NCBI GenBank assembly: GCA_040753775.1
Contig: JBFMDT010000001.1
Coordinates: 58,584-122,583, forward strand
Length of the DNA: 64,000 nucleotides
DNA from: Nanobdellota archaeon
GTDB lineage: Archaea; Nanobdellota; Nanobdellia; SCGC-AAA011-G17; JAFCDX01
Direction: 5' to 3'
Of this stretch, positions 35,372-45,914 are shown one piece after another; the first letter of the stretch is position 1; each line of letters starts with the position of its first letter. Under the pieces are notes generated by a model, which was not told the origin of the DNA, ran no database searches, and worked only from the letters and a program-made list of their open reading frames with translations. A program made the position numbers and the translations under genes.

Positions 35372-38046
35372 TTTACCTTCCTAAAAGCATAGTCAATCTG
35401 CTCACTGCTCCACCCTTTCTTAAGCAATGTTTCTTTTATCTGTTTTTCATTAATTCCCTGGCTTAAGGTCTGCTCGATATATTTCTCTAAATTCTCTAAA
35501 TCCTGCTGTGATGTAAAGATTCTTCTCTTAAAAAGCTTTACGGAAATCCAATTAGTTAAGTCTTTAAAGTTTCCTGGCCCTTTATAGAAATTTATGTAAT
35601 AAATACAAAGGGCAAGTATTAAGAATAGTATTGCATATGGAATTATTGGTACCTTTTTCTTGCAGTCCTCTGGGCAACTTATCTCATCCTCAAGCGGCTC
35701 TTCGCATTTCTTATTCCCGCAAACTCCAACTTCAAATTCCTCAACACCAATGTCTTTTGCTTCTGCAAGAACAATAGTTTTCGTATTAATCACACTGTCC
35801 AAGGCAGCACCACGTACTATGTATGCGATGTCTAAGCTCCCCGAAATAGGCCATTTTATTATAGGATCAGCCTCAACTATTTCATAACCCTGTGTAATAA
35901 TATCATCTCCGCTTATGCTTCCAGCAACCTCTTTTGGTATAACTTCTACAACAAACATATTTTTTGGGTTGCTTAGTGTAATTGATTTTTTGACAACTAC
36001 AAACCCATCATCCCTTCCAGATATATACTTTGCATTTACAGAATAGCCATAACCCTGCACATTTACATCTTCCTGAAATGCAAACAAGGCCTTTTTGTAG
36101 TTTATATCAGTTGTTATTGCATCAGGAATGTCATCAAAATAATTAACACCTGAAACAAAAGTCAAACCTTCCACGCTTAAGCCCTTTGGCAGTGTAGCCC
36201 TTAACGCAAGCAAACTGCTCTGTATATTTCCAAAAGTCATTTCCTTCTCTGTATCGGTTAATGAAAGAGCTGAATTATAATCAAGTTCATACTGCGTTAG
36301 TAAAGCACTGGCATTTTCAATCTTGGTATTTATTTCAAGAATATTAACTATATCATTAACAACCTGCGAAGCATTTCCAAGCTGGCCATTAAATATTTTA
36401 ATACTTTCTTTTGTGTCATTAAGAAGGTATTCTACGTTCTTCTGCGCAGAATCCACATGTACAGTTGCATATGCCATGCTGCTTAATTCATTTACATCAA
36501 CAACAGCCACGCTTACATCATAATCCCCAATTGTATTGTAGGTGTATGTTACATTAGGCTCAAATGTCGTAACAACTTGGCCCTCCCCAAAATACCAATC
36601 ATACCTTGCTATAGCACTCTTGTTGTTTTTCACCTGAACTCCAAAAGGTGTTTCTTGGTATAGCCCTGCAAATTGTGGTGCTATTATCTTAACATCAGCA
36701 GCCTTAACAACATTTATGTCTTTTTCATCAGAAGCATAAACCTTTCCATTATACTCCAAACTAGCCTTTAGCTTGTAAGTTCCTTCAGAAGATGGTGCAG
36801 CAATTCCTTCAACATTACCAAGCTCTAATATAAGTTCTCCATTGCTTATTGTATCAGGCATGTATTCTATACTATAGAGCTTGCCATCAACAGCCCCTGC
36901 CTTAACAGATACCATCTTAAAATTGATTTTTCCCTTTCCTTCTGTGCTTATCTCTATAGGATACAAACAATACTTAACAGAAGCTTTTACTAAATTAATA
37001 GGGCAGCTTGCTCCAGAAAGCTCAGTGCTAAAGTCTATGCTTTCTGTTGTGCTCATATTTGTTTGGAATTTATTCCTTGCAATTTTAATAAAGTAGTCAT
37101 AACCCTCAAAGCCAGCAATGCTACAGTCATTACTTTCACAGTATAAACCATTGGACACTGCATTTGGAGCCTCAACACCTATCTTATAATATGTATTGGC
37201 TGAAGATCCGCTATCAGCATATACACAGACATAATAATTATCCGGCTTGATGTCTATAGTGCAGGACTTCCATCCAAAATTGCCATCAGCAGTTAATTGG
37301 CATCTTACTTCATTATTATCAACCTTAACAATTTCCTTGTCCTTGTCCCTCAAGCTGGCATAAAGGTTTGCCCCATCTGCAGACTTCTTAACATAAGCAT
37401 CAAGCCTGTACCTTCCAGAAGCAGGAAAATCAATCTGCTCGCAGTACTCTGTATTTCTTGCGCCATTGACATTAAATTCATCATCAACGTTGTAATCAAA
37501 AAGATACTGTGCTTGAACATCCTCAAACTGTCCTGTTATCAAAGGCCCAACATAACCCCATTTAGCATCCTTTATCTTAACTCCAGGAAGCATAGGATAA
37601 ATATTGTCAACCTTATTTCCTGTTATGCTGAACTTTGCTTCGCTTATGTCTGGGCTTTGTATGCTAAAACCAAGAGCATAGGAATTACTAACACCTTTAC
37701 TGTTAAATGTAAGGGCTGCTTCAGAAACAGGGCTGGTGCTTTTCAATACATAGGAAGCAGGGACAATTTCACAACCCGAGCATATGTCCCTTAGTTTGCT
37801 GCTGTACTTTTTATCATTAATGGCTATTATCAGCTCTGCATCAGCAGGAATATCTGTGTAGCTCATGTTTACAAGCCCGCTTAATATTTGCCCAGGGCTG
37901 TATTTGCTTGTGCTTAAATCTAGCTTAGCAGTTGAAGAAGTGACGTATCCAGTATACTTAGGCTCAAATAATACAAGCGTTAATACAAGAACAAGAACAA
38001 TAACAATAAAAGTTAAGAGTAAATAATTTTTCTTCAGGGTTACCAC
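35368..38046 (-). CDS. Large PKD-domain surface protein
   Basis: N-terminal TM plus YTGYV; WYFGEG PKD; CGNKKCE; C-terminal TM and LLKKGW tail. Confidence 0.8.
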   Translation of the reverse strand: MVTLKKNYLLLTFIVIVLVLVLTLVLFEPKYTGYVTSSTAKLDLSTSKYSPGQILSGLVNMSYTDIPADAELIIAINDKKYSSKLRDICSGCEIVPASYVLKSTSPVSEAALTFNSKGVSNSYALGFSIQSPDISEAKFSITGNKVDNIYPMLPGVKIKDAKWGYVGPLITGQFEDVQAQYLFDYNVDDEFNVNGARNTEYCEQIDFPASGRYRLDAYVKKSADGANLYASLRDKDKEIVKVDNNEVRCQLTADGNFGWKSCTIDIKPDNYYVCVYADSGSSANTYYKIGVEAPNAVSNGLYCESNDCSIAGFEGYDYFIKIARNKFQTNMSTTESIDFSTELSGASCPINLVKASVKYCLYPIEISTEGKGKINFKMVSVKAGAVDGKLYSIEYMPDTISNGELILELGNVEGIAAPSSEGTYKLKASLEYNGKVYASDEKDINVVKAADVKIIAPQFAGLYQETPFGVQVKNNKSAIARYDWYFGEGQVVTTFEPNVTYTYNTIGDYDVSVAVVDVNELSSMAYATVHVDSAQKNVEYLLNDTKESIKIFNGQLGNASQVVNDIVNILEINTKIENASALLTQYELDYNSALSLTDTEKEMTFGNIQSSLLALRATLPKGLSVEGLTFVSGVNYFDDIPDAITTDINYKKALFAFQEDVNVQGYGYSVNAKYISGRDDGFVVVKKSITLSNPKNMFVVEVIPKEVAGSISGDDIITQGYEIVEADPIIKWPISGSLDIAYIVRGAALDSVINTKTIVLAEAKDIGVEEFEVGVCGNKKCEEPLEDEISCPEDCKKKVPIIPYAILFLILALCIYYINFYKGPGNFKDLTNWISVKLFKRRIFTSQQDLENLEKYIEQTLSQGINEKQIKETLLKKGWSSEQIDYAFRKVK

Positions 38047-38083
38047 CTCTTTATTAACTTTAAAAGTATATACTATATAAATA

Positions 38084-38593
38084 TTATGATTTAACTACCT
38101 TCCCCCTTTCTGATGGAACAATCACCTTTTTGGCCTTATTGAACTCAGCCTTCTTTCTGTTAAAATATTCATAAAGAAATATGGCTAATGCGCTTACTTC
38201 GGAATGCGGTTGGTTTGTCACAGAAATATTGCAATCTGATAGTTTATAAAATTCTGGAGCAACCTTTTCCCCGCCAACTATAGCCAAAACATCTTTGTTC
38301 CTCAATTCATCTATTTTGCTACTTAGCTCTACACCATATGCAGTAAGATGGACGATTTTAAAACCATCTTTTTTCTTGCTTTCAATTAGTTTTATTGGAT
38401 TTTCTGTAAATTCTATCTCAAAATTTCCGCCAAAATTCTTAACAACATTCCTTACGCTGTCTTCAAATGCCTTGTCCCTTTGCCCGGAATAATACAACTT
38501 ATGAGCGCCAAAGGCCCTTGCAGCCAAAGCAACATGCATAGTTAATCTCTTATCCCTCTCAATCCTGTGGTTAAGCCTTAAAATATTTATCAT
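38084..38593 (-). CDS. trm56: tRNA Cm56 2'-O-methyltransferase
   Basis: HR.ERDKR, VHLT.YG, GGEKV and NQPHSEV. Confidence 0.95.
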   Translation of the reverse strand: MINILRLNHRIERDKRLTMHVALAARAFGAHKLYYSGQRDKAFEDSVRNVVKNFGGNFEIEFTENPIKLIESKKKDGFKIVHLTAYGVELSSKIDELRNKDVLAIVGGEKVAPEFYKLSDCNISVTNQPHSEVSALAIFLYEYFNRKKAEFNKAKKVIVPSERGKVVKS

Positions 38594-38632
38594 AATTAAC
38601 TAAAAAACAACTAAAATAAAAAGCTTGCCTTA

Positions 38633-39142
38633 TTACAGTTTTCTTGCTCTTTCTTCTGAAAATTTGTTTTTGTAAATAAAATCATTAAGCACATCGTTAA
38701 TTTTCTTATGTTCAGCTTGATTGTTGCTTCCGTCCATAAGGTTTCTTGCAGTTAAATTTCTCGCAAGGTCGTATTTATCAGAAGTTGAATCCTGATTAAC
38801 GCGAGAGTGTATGTCGCAATATAAAGTATTGAGCGCCTTCCAGGCAATTACTCCCTTGACAGAACACCTCATCATATATTTCAATAAATTTTTCATAAGC
38901 CTATCATAATTTTTATCATATAAGTCTATGCTAATTGTTGTCTGTAAAATAGGATATAAGCTATGTAGATTATAGGCAGTGTATAATTTACCCGCAATTT
39001 TTTTCTCTAAGTTGGGGAGCTCCTTTCTTATTTTCCTGTCATCCTCTCTTATTTCACTTTCAATAAATATGCCTATCACTTCCTTCTCGCTTAAGCTTAG
39101 CTCTTCCAGATTTTCTTTCATCTTAGCCATAGAATAATGCAA
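38633..39142 (-). CDS. Hypothetical protein
   Basis: 169-aa ORF filling the intergenic space. Confidence 0.55.
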   Translation of the reverse strand: MHYSMAKMKENLEELSLSEKEVIGIFIESEIREDDRKIRKELPNLEKKIAGKLYTAYNLHSLYPILQTTISIDLYDKNYDRLMKNLLKYMMRCSVKGVIAWKALNTLYCDIHSRVNQDSTSDKYDLARNLTARNLMDGSNNQAEHKKINDVLNDFIYKNKFSEERARKL

Positions 39143-39197
39143 AAAATTTATAAAGCTTATGGAAATGTTTTTAAATGGGTTTAATCAGAATAAATCA

Positions 39198-40091
39198 ATG
39201 CTAAAAGAAAAACTCTATCCGCTATACGATAAACACCATAAAAAGACGCTGATATTCCCAATTATAATAATTCTGCTCAGCATCCTGATAATAGGTTACA
39301 AGTACTATACAACAGGAGATTTCATAGAAAAGGATGTATCTCTTAAAGGTGGTATTTCTGCTACAATATATACTGAAAATGAAATTAATGTAAAAGAATT
39401 GAAATCTTTCTTAACCTCAAAATTCCCTAATGCAGACATAGCTATAAGAAAGCTTGGTGATTTTAGTACAGGAAAGCAGGTAGGCATTTCTATAGATGCA
39501 ACAAATATAAAATCTGATGACTTAAAGATAGCTTTGCAGGAAAATTTGCAGCTAACCTTAACAGATGAAAATCTCTCTGTAGAAGAAATTGGTTCTTCCT
39601 TAAGCCAGTCCTTCTATAAAGAAATCCTGTATGCAGTGCTTATAGCATTTTTGTTTATGGGCATAGTCATCTTCATAATATTCAGGCTTCCAATTCCATC
39701 CTTAACTGTGATCTTGTGTGCATTTACAGACATAATTGCAACAGTAGCTGTAGTCGACCTCCTTGGAATAAAGCTTTCTATGGGTGGAATAGCTGCCTTT
39801 CTTATGTTAATAGGTTACTCAGTTGACACAGATATCTTGCTTACCACTCGCGTATTAAAAAGAAAAGAAGGCACTTTGTTTGACAGGATGTATGAAGCCT
39901 CAAAGCCAGGCCTCACAATGACAATCACAACAATTGTGGCTGTATTCATTGGTTATCTCTTAGCAACATCAGCAGTAATGCAGCAGATCTTCCTAATAAT
40001 ATTCATAGGGGGTATATGGGATATATTCAACACTTGGATAACAAACACAAGCATATTGTACTGGTACTGTAAAAAGAAAGGTGTAGCATGA
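39198..40091 (+). CDS. secF: Protein translocase subunit SecF
   Basis: LKGG, LMLIGYSVDTDILLT. Confidence 0.93.
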   Translation: MLKEKLYPLYDKHHKKTLIFPIIIILLSILIIGYKYYTTGDFIEKDVSLKGGISATIYTENEINVKELKSFLTSKFPNADIAIRKLGDFSTGKQVGISIDATNIKSDDLKIALQENLQLTLTDENLSVEEIGSSLSQSFYKEILYAVLIAFLFMGIVIFIIFRLPIPSLTVILCAFTDIIATVAVVDLLGIKLSMGGIAAFLMLIGYSVDTDILLTTRVLKRKEGTLFDRMYEASKPGLTMTITTIVAVFIGYLLATSAVMQQIFLIIFIGGIWDIFNTWITNTSILYWYCKKKGVA

Positions 40092-41635
40092 TAACAAAAC
40101 TATTCAGAAAATGGCGTGTTATAATATTGATTTTGTTTCTGATATTTGCCTATATAGCGATAAATCCGCAGTTTTCTGTTACTGGCGTTGCAATAAAAAG
40201 CATTGACATTAATGGAACAGCATACAAAGTAGGCATGCAAAATCCAACCAGTGCAATGCCAACCCAGCAGGAAATAATACTAAGCATCAACAATAAGCCA
40301 ATAGAAAAGTTAAGTGATTACTCAAAAATCTTGTCTGAAATATCTGATAATTCAACATTGAGAATTTTAACAGATAAAAATGAATATGTTATGCTTAAAA
40401 CAGAAAACCTAGGAATAACTGTTGCAAACCCGGCAAGCTCTAACATTAAAAAAGGTCTTGACTTGCAGGGTGGTACGCGTGTTGTCCTGCAGCCTGAATC
40501 AAAAATAACAGACCAGGAGAGAGACGACATAATAGCTGTGATGAGCAATAGGCTAAACGTATATGGCCTAAGCGATATAAAAATAAAGCCTGCAGATGAT
40601 TTACTCGGAAACAAGTATATTGTGATAGAACTAGCAGGAGCAACAAAAGAGGAAGTAAAAGAGTTGATAGGTAAGCAGGGTAGCTTTGAGGCAAGAATAG
40701 GCAACGAAACTGTCTTTGTTGGTGGGAAAAAAGATATTGTTTTTGTGTGCAGGAATGATGGAACATGCTCCGGAATAAGGTCTTGTGAACAAAGCGGAAG
40801 TGAAAACTTCTGCAAGTTTGAATTTGCAATAACCTTAAGTCAGGCTGCTGCTGATATGCATGCAAAAATAACCAAGGACATAGAGATAAATACAACGCAG
40901 TCAGGCCAACAGATACTTGCAAAGCCTATTGACTTTTATCTTGATGGAAAATTGGTTGATTCCTTGCAGATAGCAGCTGACCTAAAAGGAAAGTCCACTA
41001 CCCAAATAGCAATATCTGGCCCAGGTGGAGGAAAAACAAAGGAAGAAGCAATAAATGAAGCCTTAAAAAACATGAACAAGCTGCAGACAATATTAATAAC
41101 AGGAAGCCTCCCAACAAAACTTAATATAGTCAAGCTTGACAATGTCTCGCCATTCCTCGGGGAAGCCTTTATTAAAAATGCATTCTTAGTCGGCCTGCTG
41201 GCAGTAATCTCTGTTGTGTTGGTTGTATTCATAAGGTACAGGCAGGTAAAAATATCCATAGCTATGATAATCACGCTTTTATCAGAATTATTTTTATTGC
41301 TTGGCTTCGCTGCATTCTTTAAGTATAATTTAGACCTAGCTGCAATAGCTGGTTTGGTGGTAGCAATAGGTACTGGTGTAGATGATCAGATTGTTATAGC
41401 TGATGAAACAGTAAAAGGCAAAGGCTACTATAACTGGAAGGACAGGCTTAAAAAGGCATTTTTCATAATATTTTCCTCGTATGCGACAACAGTAGTAGCC
41501 ATGATACCCCTATTCAAAGCTGGTGCTGGCTTGCTTACAGGATTCGCCCTCGTTACAATCGTTGGTGTTTCAATAGGAGTATTTATAACAAGGCCTGCCT
41601 ATGCCACGATACTAGAAGTCTTGTCAGAAGAATAA
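40088..41635 (+). CDS. secD: Protein translocase subunit SecD
   Basis: GLDLQGG, GSLP, IGTGVDDQIVI.DE. Confidence 0.93.
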   Translation: MITKLFRKWRVIILILFLIFAYIAINPQFSVTGVAIKSIDINGTAYKVGMQNPTSAMPTQQEIILSINNKPIEKLSDYSKILSEISDNSTLRILTDKNEYVMLKTENLGITVANPASSNIKKGLDLQGGTRVVLQPESKITDQERDDIIAVMSNRLNVYGLSDIKIKPADDLLGNKYIVIELAGATKEEVKELIGKQGSFEARIGNETVFVGGKKDIVFVCRNDGTCSGIRSCEQSGSENFCKFEFAITLSQAAADMHAKITKDIEINTTQSGQQILAKPIDFYLDGKLVDSLQIAADLKGKSTTQIAISGPGGGKTKEEAINEALKNMNKLQTILITGSLPTKLNIVKLDNVSPFLGEAFIKNAFLVGLLAVISVVLVVFIRYRQVKISIAMIITLLSELFLLLGFAAFFKYNLDLAAIAGLVVAIGTGVDDQIVIADETVKGKGYYNWKDRLKKAFFIIFSSYATTVVAMIPLFKAGAGLLTGFALVTIVGVSIGVFITRPAYATILEVLSEE

Positions 41636-41666
41636 CATTAAGTTAAAAATAAGTGAAGCCTTTCAA

Positions 41667-41696
41667 ATGCTCTGTCTGTATATGCTCTGTCTGTAT
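41667..41696 (+). repeat. 15-bp tandem repeat ATGCTCTGTCTGTAT x2
   Basis: Copies at 41667-41681 and 41682-41696, just upstream of a TATA box. Confidence 0.9.
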
Positions 41697-41753
41697 AAAT
41701 AGGTAAATTTATAAAATACGAATGTAACCAAACTCATATAAAGGAGGTGTAAA

Positions 41754-41891
41754 ATGGCTCTTGATGCTACGCAATATGCAATAATTATACTGTTGGGGAT
41801 TAATATAGGCATACTCTATGGAATAAGAAGAATTTATGTACTTGAAAACAAAATTGAGAGATTAGAAGAGAAAATTTCCAAAAAAAGATAA
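41754..41891 (+). CDS. 45-aa single-TM coiled-coil protein (not in ORF track)
   Basis: MALDATQYAIIILLGINIGILYGIRRIYVLENKIERLEEKISKKR; AAGGAGGTG SD and TATA. Confidence 0.8.
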   Translation: MALDATQYAIIILLGINIGILYGIRRIYVLENKIERLEEKISKKR

Positions 41892-42575
41892 CTAATATTT
41901 TAATTTTAATTTTATTAATGCCGAAAACATATTAGGTACAGCCTTATACAATTTCAGTCTAGACCCTTTTTTATCCTCCCATATAGTTGCTTCTTCTTTA
42001 ATCTTATACCCATTCTTGACTAAAGGATACAGAATGCTTACATCAATCGCCCAATTTGTCTTCATCAGTTTATTAACTATAGATTTTATTGCTTTTTTCT
42101 TGAATATCTTTACTCCAGCCTGTGTGTCCTTAAATCGCAAACCAAGTATTATTCGTACAAGAAGATTAAAGCCCCTGCTTGCAATTCTTCTAAGCAAAGG
42201 TTGTTTTGTATTTATTATAGCACCATTAATCCATCTGCTCCCTATGACCCCATCATAAGCATTAATCTTCCCAACAAGCCTCTCCAATTCTTTAGGTTCT
42301 GTAGCACCATCAGCATCAACATAAGAAATAAGGTCTCCTTCAGCTATTCTAAAACCTTTAATAATTGCCCCACCCTTGTTTGCCTCCTTTAACACAATAT
42401 GCTTAAGTCTCTTATCCTTGATGCTCTTAACAATACCCAAAGTATCGTCAGTGCAGCCGTTCAAAATAACAAGAATATCAACTTTATATTTCCATTTATA
42501 TTTCAGGTACTTCAGCAACGTTTCTTTTATCCTTCTGCCTTCATTATGTGCAGGAATTATTATAGATAACCTCAT
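41892..42575 (-). CDS. GT2 polyprenyl-phosphate sugar synthase (Alg5/DPM1-like)
   Basis: IIPAHNE, DADG, GSR, DTQAG.K. Confidence 0.9.
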   Translation of the reverse strand: MRLSIIIPAHNEGRRIKETLLKYLKYKWKYKVDILVILNGCTDDTLGIVKSIKDKRLKHIVLKEANKGGAIIKGFRIAEGDLISYVDADGATEPKELERLVGKINAYDGVIGSRWINGAIINTKQPLLRRIASRGFNLLVRIILGLRFKDTQAGVKIFKKKAIKSIVNKLMKTNWAIDVSILYPLVKNGYKIKEEATIWEDKKGSRLKLYKAVPNMFSALIKLKLKY

Positions 42576-42646
42576 AGCAAAAATAAAGTAATGCTTTTTA
42601 TAAACCTTTTCAAAAATTATTTAAACAGTAACTCTAACATAAATCC

Positions 42647-43078
42647 ATGCTAGTCCATATACATATAATTCTTTCAATATTATTCTCCTTAATTCTTTAT
42701 CCAATCTTTGGTATTTACTCTTTGCTTATATTTCTAGGGGGATTTCTTATGGATGTAGACCATTATCTAGAATATGTTATAAGGAAAAAAAATCTTTCTG
42801 TAATAAAAGCTTATCGGGAAGGTATGAAATTTTACAGGGAATCAGTCAAGCTAGGCAGGCCAGTAAGGTTGAACATCCTTCATGTCTTTCACACAATGGA
42901 ATTCTTAATCCTTGTAATAGTTCTAAGCTTCTTCAACAAAATTATATCCTTGGTAGCGATTGGCATGCTCTTTCATATAATTCTTGACCTTGGTTGGTTA
43001 ATAAAAAGAAAGGCTCTTAAATCAAGGGCTCATTCCTTGATAAAATGGCTGAATGAAAAATGGAATCAAAATACATAG
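42647..43078 (+). CDS. YdjM-like membrane metal-dependent hydrolase
   Basis: H, D.DH, FHT.E and H...D motifs. Confidence 0.75.
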   Translation: MLVHIHIILSILFSLILYPIFGIYSLLIFLGGFLMDVDHYLEYVIRKKNLSVIKAYREGMKFYRESVKLGRPVRLNILHVFHTMEFLILVIVLSFFNKIISLVAIGMLFHIILDLGWLIKRKALKSRAHSLIKWLNEKWNQNT

Positions 43079-43410
43079 CAATACTTTTGGTGATCTTAAG
43101 TACTCTCTTTGCATCCTTTGGCCAGTTATTTTACAAGCTTGGAGTTGATAAGTTGGAATTCAATCTAAGCATGCTGACAAACTATACTCTTATACTTGGA
43201 ATCTTGCTTTACATAATAGCTGGAGTCATACTGATAATAGCCTTAAAGTACGGTGAACTGTCAGCAGTTTACCCAATATATGCAACAAATTATATCTGGG
43301 TTTCGCTGCTCTCTTTGTATATATTGAAAGAGATGATGAATTATTTTAAATGGCTTGGCGTGCTCTTCATAGTAATAGGTGTTGGTCTGTTGGGAGTGAG
43401 TAAAAGATGA
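43060..43410 (+). CDS. EamA/SMR-type (ArnE/F-like) transporter subunit
   Basis: GQLFYKLG, GELSAVYP; 4 TM. Confidence 0.85.
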   Translation: MESKYIAILLVILSTLFASFGQLFYKLGVDKLEFNLSMLTNYTLILGILLYIIAGVILIIALKYGELSAVYPIYATNYIWVSLLSLYILKEMMNYFKWLGVLFIVIGVGLLGVSKR

Positions 43411-43745
43411 CCCCATTAATTTCAATAATAATAATTGTTATAGCAGCTGCGATTGGCTCATTTGGGGCATTATTCATAAAAAAGGGCTCAAAACACTTCA
43501 CAATAAAAAAACCATTCAATAAAGATATAGTGATTGGGGTGTTGTTGTATGGGATTTCTACATTGCTCTTTATCCCGGCATTAAAGCTTGGGGAGCTATC
43601 GGTGTTGTACCCCTTTGTTGCAACAGGCTACATCTGGATAATAATGCTGTCAAAAAAATACCTAAATGAAAGTATAACCTTAACCAAGATAATTTCAATA
43701 GCTCTTATAATAATTGGTGTAAGCTTCATTGGTTTTGGAAGTTAG
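43407..43745 (+). CDS. EamA/SMR-type (ArnE/F-like) transporter subunit
   Basis: GELSVLYP; paralog of the upstream gene. Confidence 0.85.
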   Translation: MTPLISIIIIVIAAAIGSFGALFIKKGSKHFTIKKPFNKDIVIGVLLYGISTLLFIPALKLGELSVLYPFVATGYIWIIMLSKKYLNESITLTKIISIALIIIGVSFIGFGS

Positions 43746-43784
43746 CTTCATAAATAATATAAATGCATCAAAACAGCCCTCTAT

Positions 43785-44642
43785 ATGATATCAATAGTAA
43801 TAACAGCCTGCAGAGAGCCTTCTACAGTAAGCAGGGCAATTAGCTCTGTTCTTTCCCAAAAAATAAAAAATTCTGAAATAATCGTTGTTGCTCCTGACAA
43901 AGAAACGCTGAACAAAGCAAAAAAATACAGGGTTAAAATTGTCCATGATAAGGGAAGGGGTAAACCAGCAGCCCTCAACCTTGTTTTTAAAAAAGCCAAA
44001 GGGAACATCTTAGTGCTGACAGATGGTGATGTATACCTGGAAAAAAATTCTATTAAACTTCTTCTTGCCTATTTTAAAGACGGGAATGTCGGTGCAGTAA
44101 CAGGAAGGCCGGTTGCAACAGACAACAGGAAAACTCTGCTTGGTTATTGGGCTAACCTGCTCAATGATGCTGCTCATTTAGAAAGGATAAGGAGGGACAA
44201 AGAAAACTTGTTTATATTCTGCTCCGGCTATCTGTTTGCCATGAGAAATATAATAAAAAAAATTCCTGAAAACTGCCTTGATGATGCTTATATCTCATCG
44301 CTCATTGCAAAAAAGGGCCGCAAAATAAGATACTCCCCAAACTCTAAAACCTACATAAAAAACCCTTCAACGTTCTCTGATTGGGTCATGCAAAAGAGAA
44401 GGAACGCTGCAGGCCATGAGCAGATAAGGAAAGATCTAGGCATTGTGATGAAATCCTTGAAAAATGAGATAATTTACGGCTGGTACAAAGCACTAACTTA
44501 TCCTAAAAATTTCAGAGAATTTATTTACACAGTGCTTCTATTCCCTGCCCGCCTCTACACCTGGCTCCTAAGCTTCTATGACTTAAAGCTCAAGCGCAGA
44601 AAAGTAATTGAGCTCTGGAAAAGAATAGAGTCAACAAAATAA
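43785..44642 (+). CDS. GT2 glycosyltransferase (processive-like)
   Basis: GKPAALN, TDGD, DD and QKRR motifs. Confidence 0.88.
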   Translation: MISIVITACREPSTVSRAISSVLSQKIKNSEIIVVAPDKETLNKAKKYRVKIVHDKGRGKPAALNLVFKKAKGNILVLTDGDVYLEKNSIKLLLAYFKDGNVGAVTGRPVATDNRKTLLGYWANLLNDAAHLERIRRDKENLFIFCSGYLFAMRNIIKKIPENCLDDAYISSLIAKKGRKIRYSPNSKTYIKNPSTFSDWVMQKRRNAAGHEQIRKDLGIVMKSLKNEIIYGWYKALTYPKNFREFIYTVLLFPARLYTWLLSFYDLKLKRRKVIELWKRIESTK

Positions 44643-44646
44643 TTAT

Positions 44647-45390
44647 TTAAAGCTTACCTATAGCATTTAATATTAATTTTTTAACATTATCTGCATTTCT
44701 CTTCATAACATCCATAATCATTTCCCAGCTCACAGCCTCTTCTGATTCATGCCAACTATCAAAATCTGTACTCATAGCAATAGCAGCATAAGGAATTCCA
44801 AGCTCATTCGCTAATATTACTTCAGGTGCAATTGACATATTAATAACATCAGCCCCAATTAATCTAAACATTTTGCTTTCTGCCTTTGTGCTAAACCTAG
44901 GTCCTTCGATTGTGACAACAGTCCCTTTTCCATGATATTTTAATTTTAATTCTTTAGCAGCTTCAATTAATTTTTCCCTTAAAAATTTGTCAAAGGGCTC
45001 AGCCATGGGTGTATGTTTTATTCCATTTTCAAAGGATTCATAAAATGTTATTTTTCTATGTCTTGTAAAATCAATGAACTGGTCTAAAAAAACAAAATCT
45101 CCTCTTCCTATTTCTTCTTTTAAAGAACCAACAGCGCTTGTTGCAATTATATACTTACACCCTTGCTCCTTTAGTGCAAAAATGTTGGCTCTATAGTTAA
45201 CCTGTGTTGGTGGTATTTGATGTTTTCGGCCATGCCTTGCTAGTATTACAACATCAATGTTTCCTATCTTTCCTGTTGTTAATGCAGAAGAAGGTTTTTC
45301 ATAAGGTGTATTGACTTCTATATCTTTAGCACTCCTTAGAATCGTTGGATCGTCTAATCCAGACCCCCCAATGATGCCCACTTTTACCAT
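44647..45390 (-). CDS. mtaP: 5'-methylthioadenosine phosphorylase
   Basis: GIIGGSG, RHG..H, EGPRFSTKAES, TDFDSW. Confidence 0.95.
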   Translation of the reverse strand: MVKVGIIGGSGLDDPTILRSAKDIEVNTPYEKPSSALTTGKIGNIDVVILARHGRKHQIPPTQVNYRANIFALKEQGCKYIIATSAVGSLKEEIGRGDFVFLDQFIDFTRHRKITFYESFENGIKHTPMAEPFDKFLREKLIEAAKELKLKYHGKGTVVTIEGPRFSTKAESKMFRLIGADVINMSIAPEVILANELGIPYAAIAMSTDFDSWHESEEAVSWEMIMDVMKRNADNVKKLILNAIGKL

Positions 45391-45442
45391 ATTGATGTTA
45401 TAAATTAATAATATTTAAATATACCTAAATTACAAAATTTTT

Positions 45443-45906
45443 ATGTATCCTTCAACACATGTCATAACATCTTTAATATTAGCAGTTATTTTATATCCAT
45501 GGTTTGGGCTATATTCCATAGCAATTTTCTTGGTTGGATTTTTGATGGATATAGACCACTATTTTGAGTATGTTGTAAGAACAAGAGACTTATCTCCAGT
45601 AAGGGCTTGCAAGGAATACTACGAATGCGCAAAAAGGGCAAGAAAACTGAAAAAGGCAATAAAAGTAGACATGCTTCATGTTTTTCACACTGTAGAATTT
45701 TTAGTTGTGATAGCTATACTATCAGTTTATAGCAAATTATTTTTAGCAGTACTAGTTACAATGTTATCCATAGCCTTATTGACACAGCAGATTTGTTATA
45801 TCGAAACTTTTTAGATGCAAGAACATATTCGCTGATAGCATGGTTGATTAGGCATAAAAAGTTACTACTTTATAATAGAAATATTTATAAATTAATAGCT
45901 AATTAG
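45443..45906 (+). pseudogene. YdjM-like hydrolase paralog with a frameshift near 45767
   Basis: Similarity to the 42647 protein continues in another frame (HSLID...RTYSLIAWL). Confidence 0.7.
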
Positions 45907-45914
45907 CTTACATA

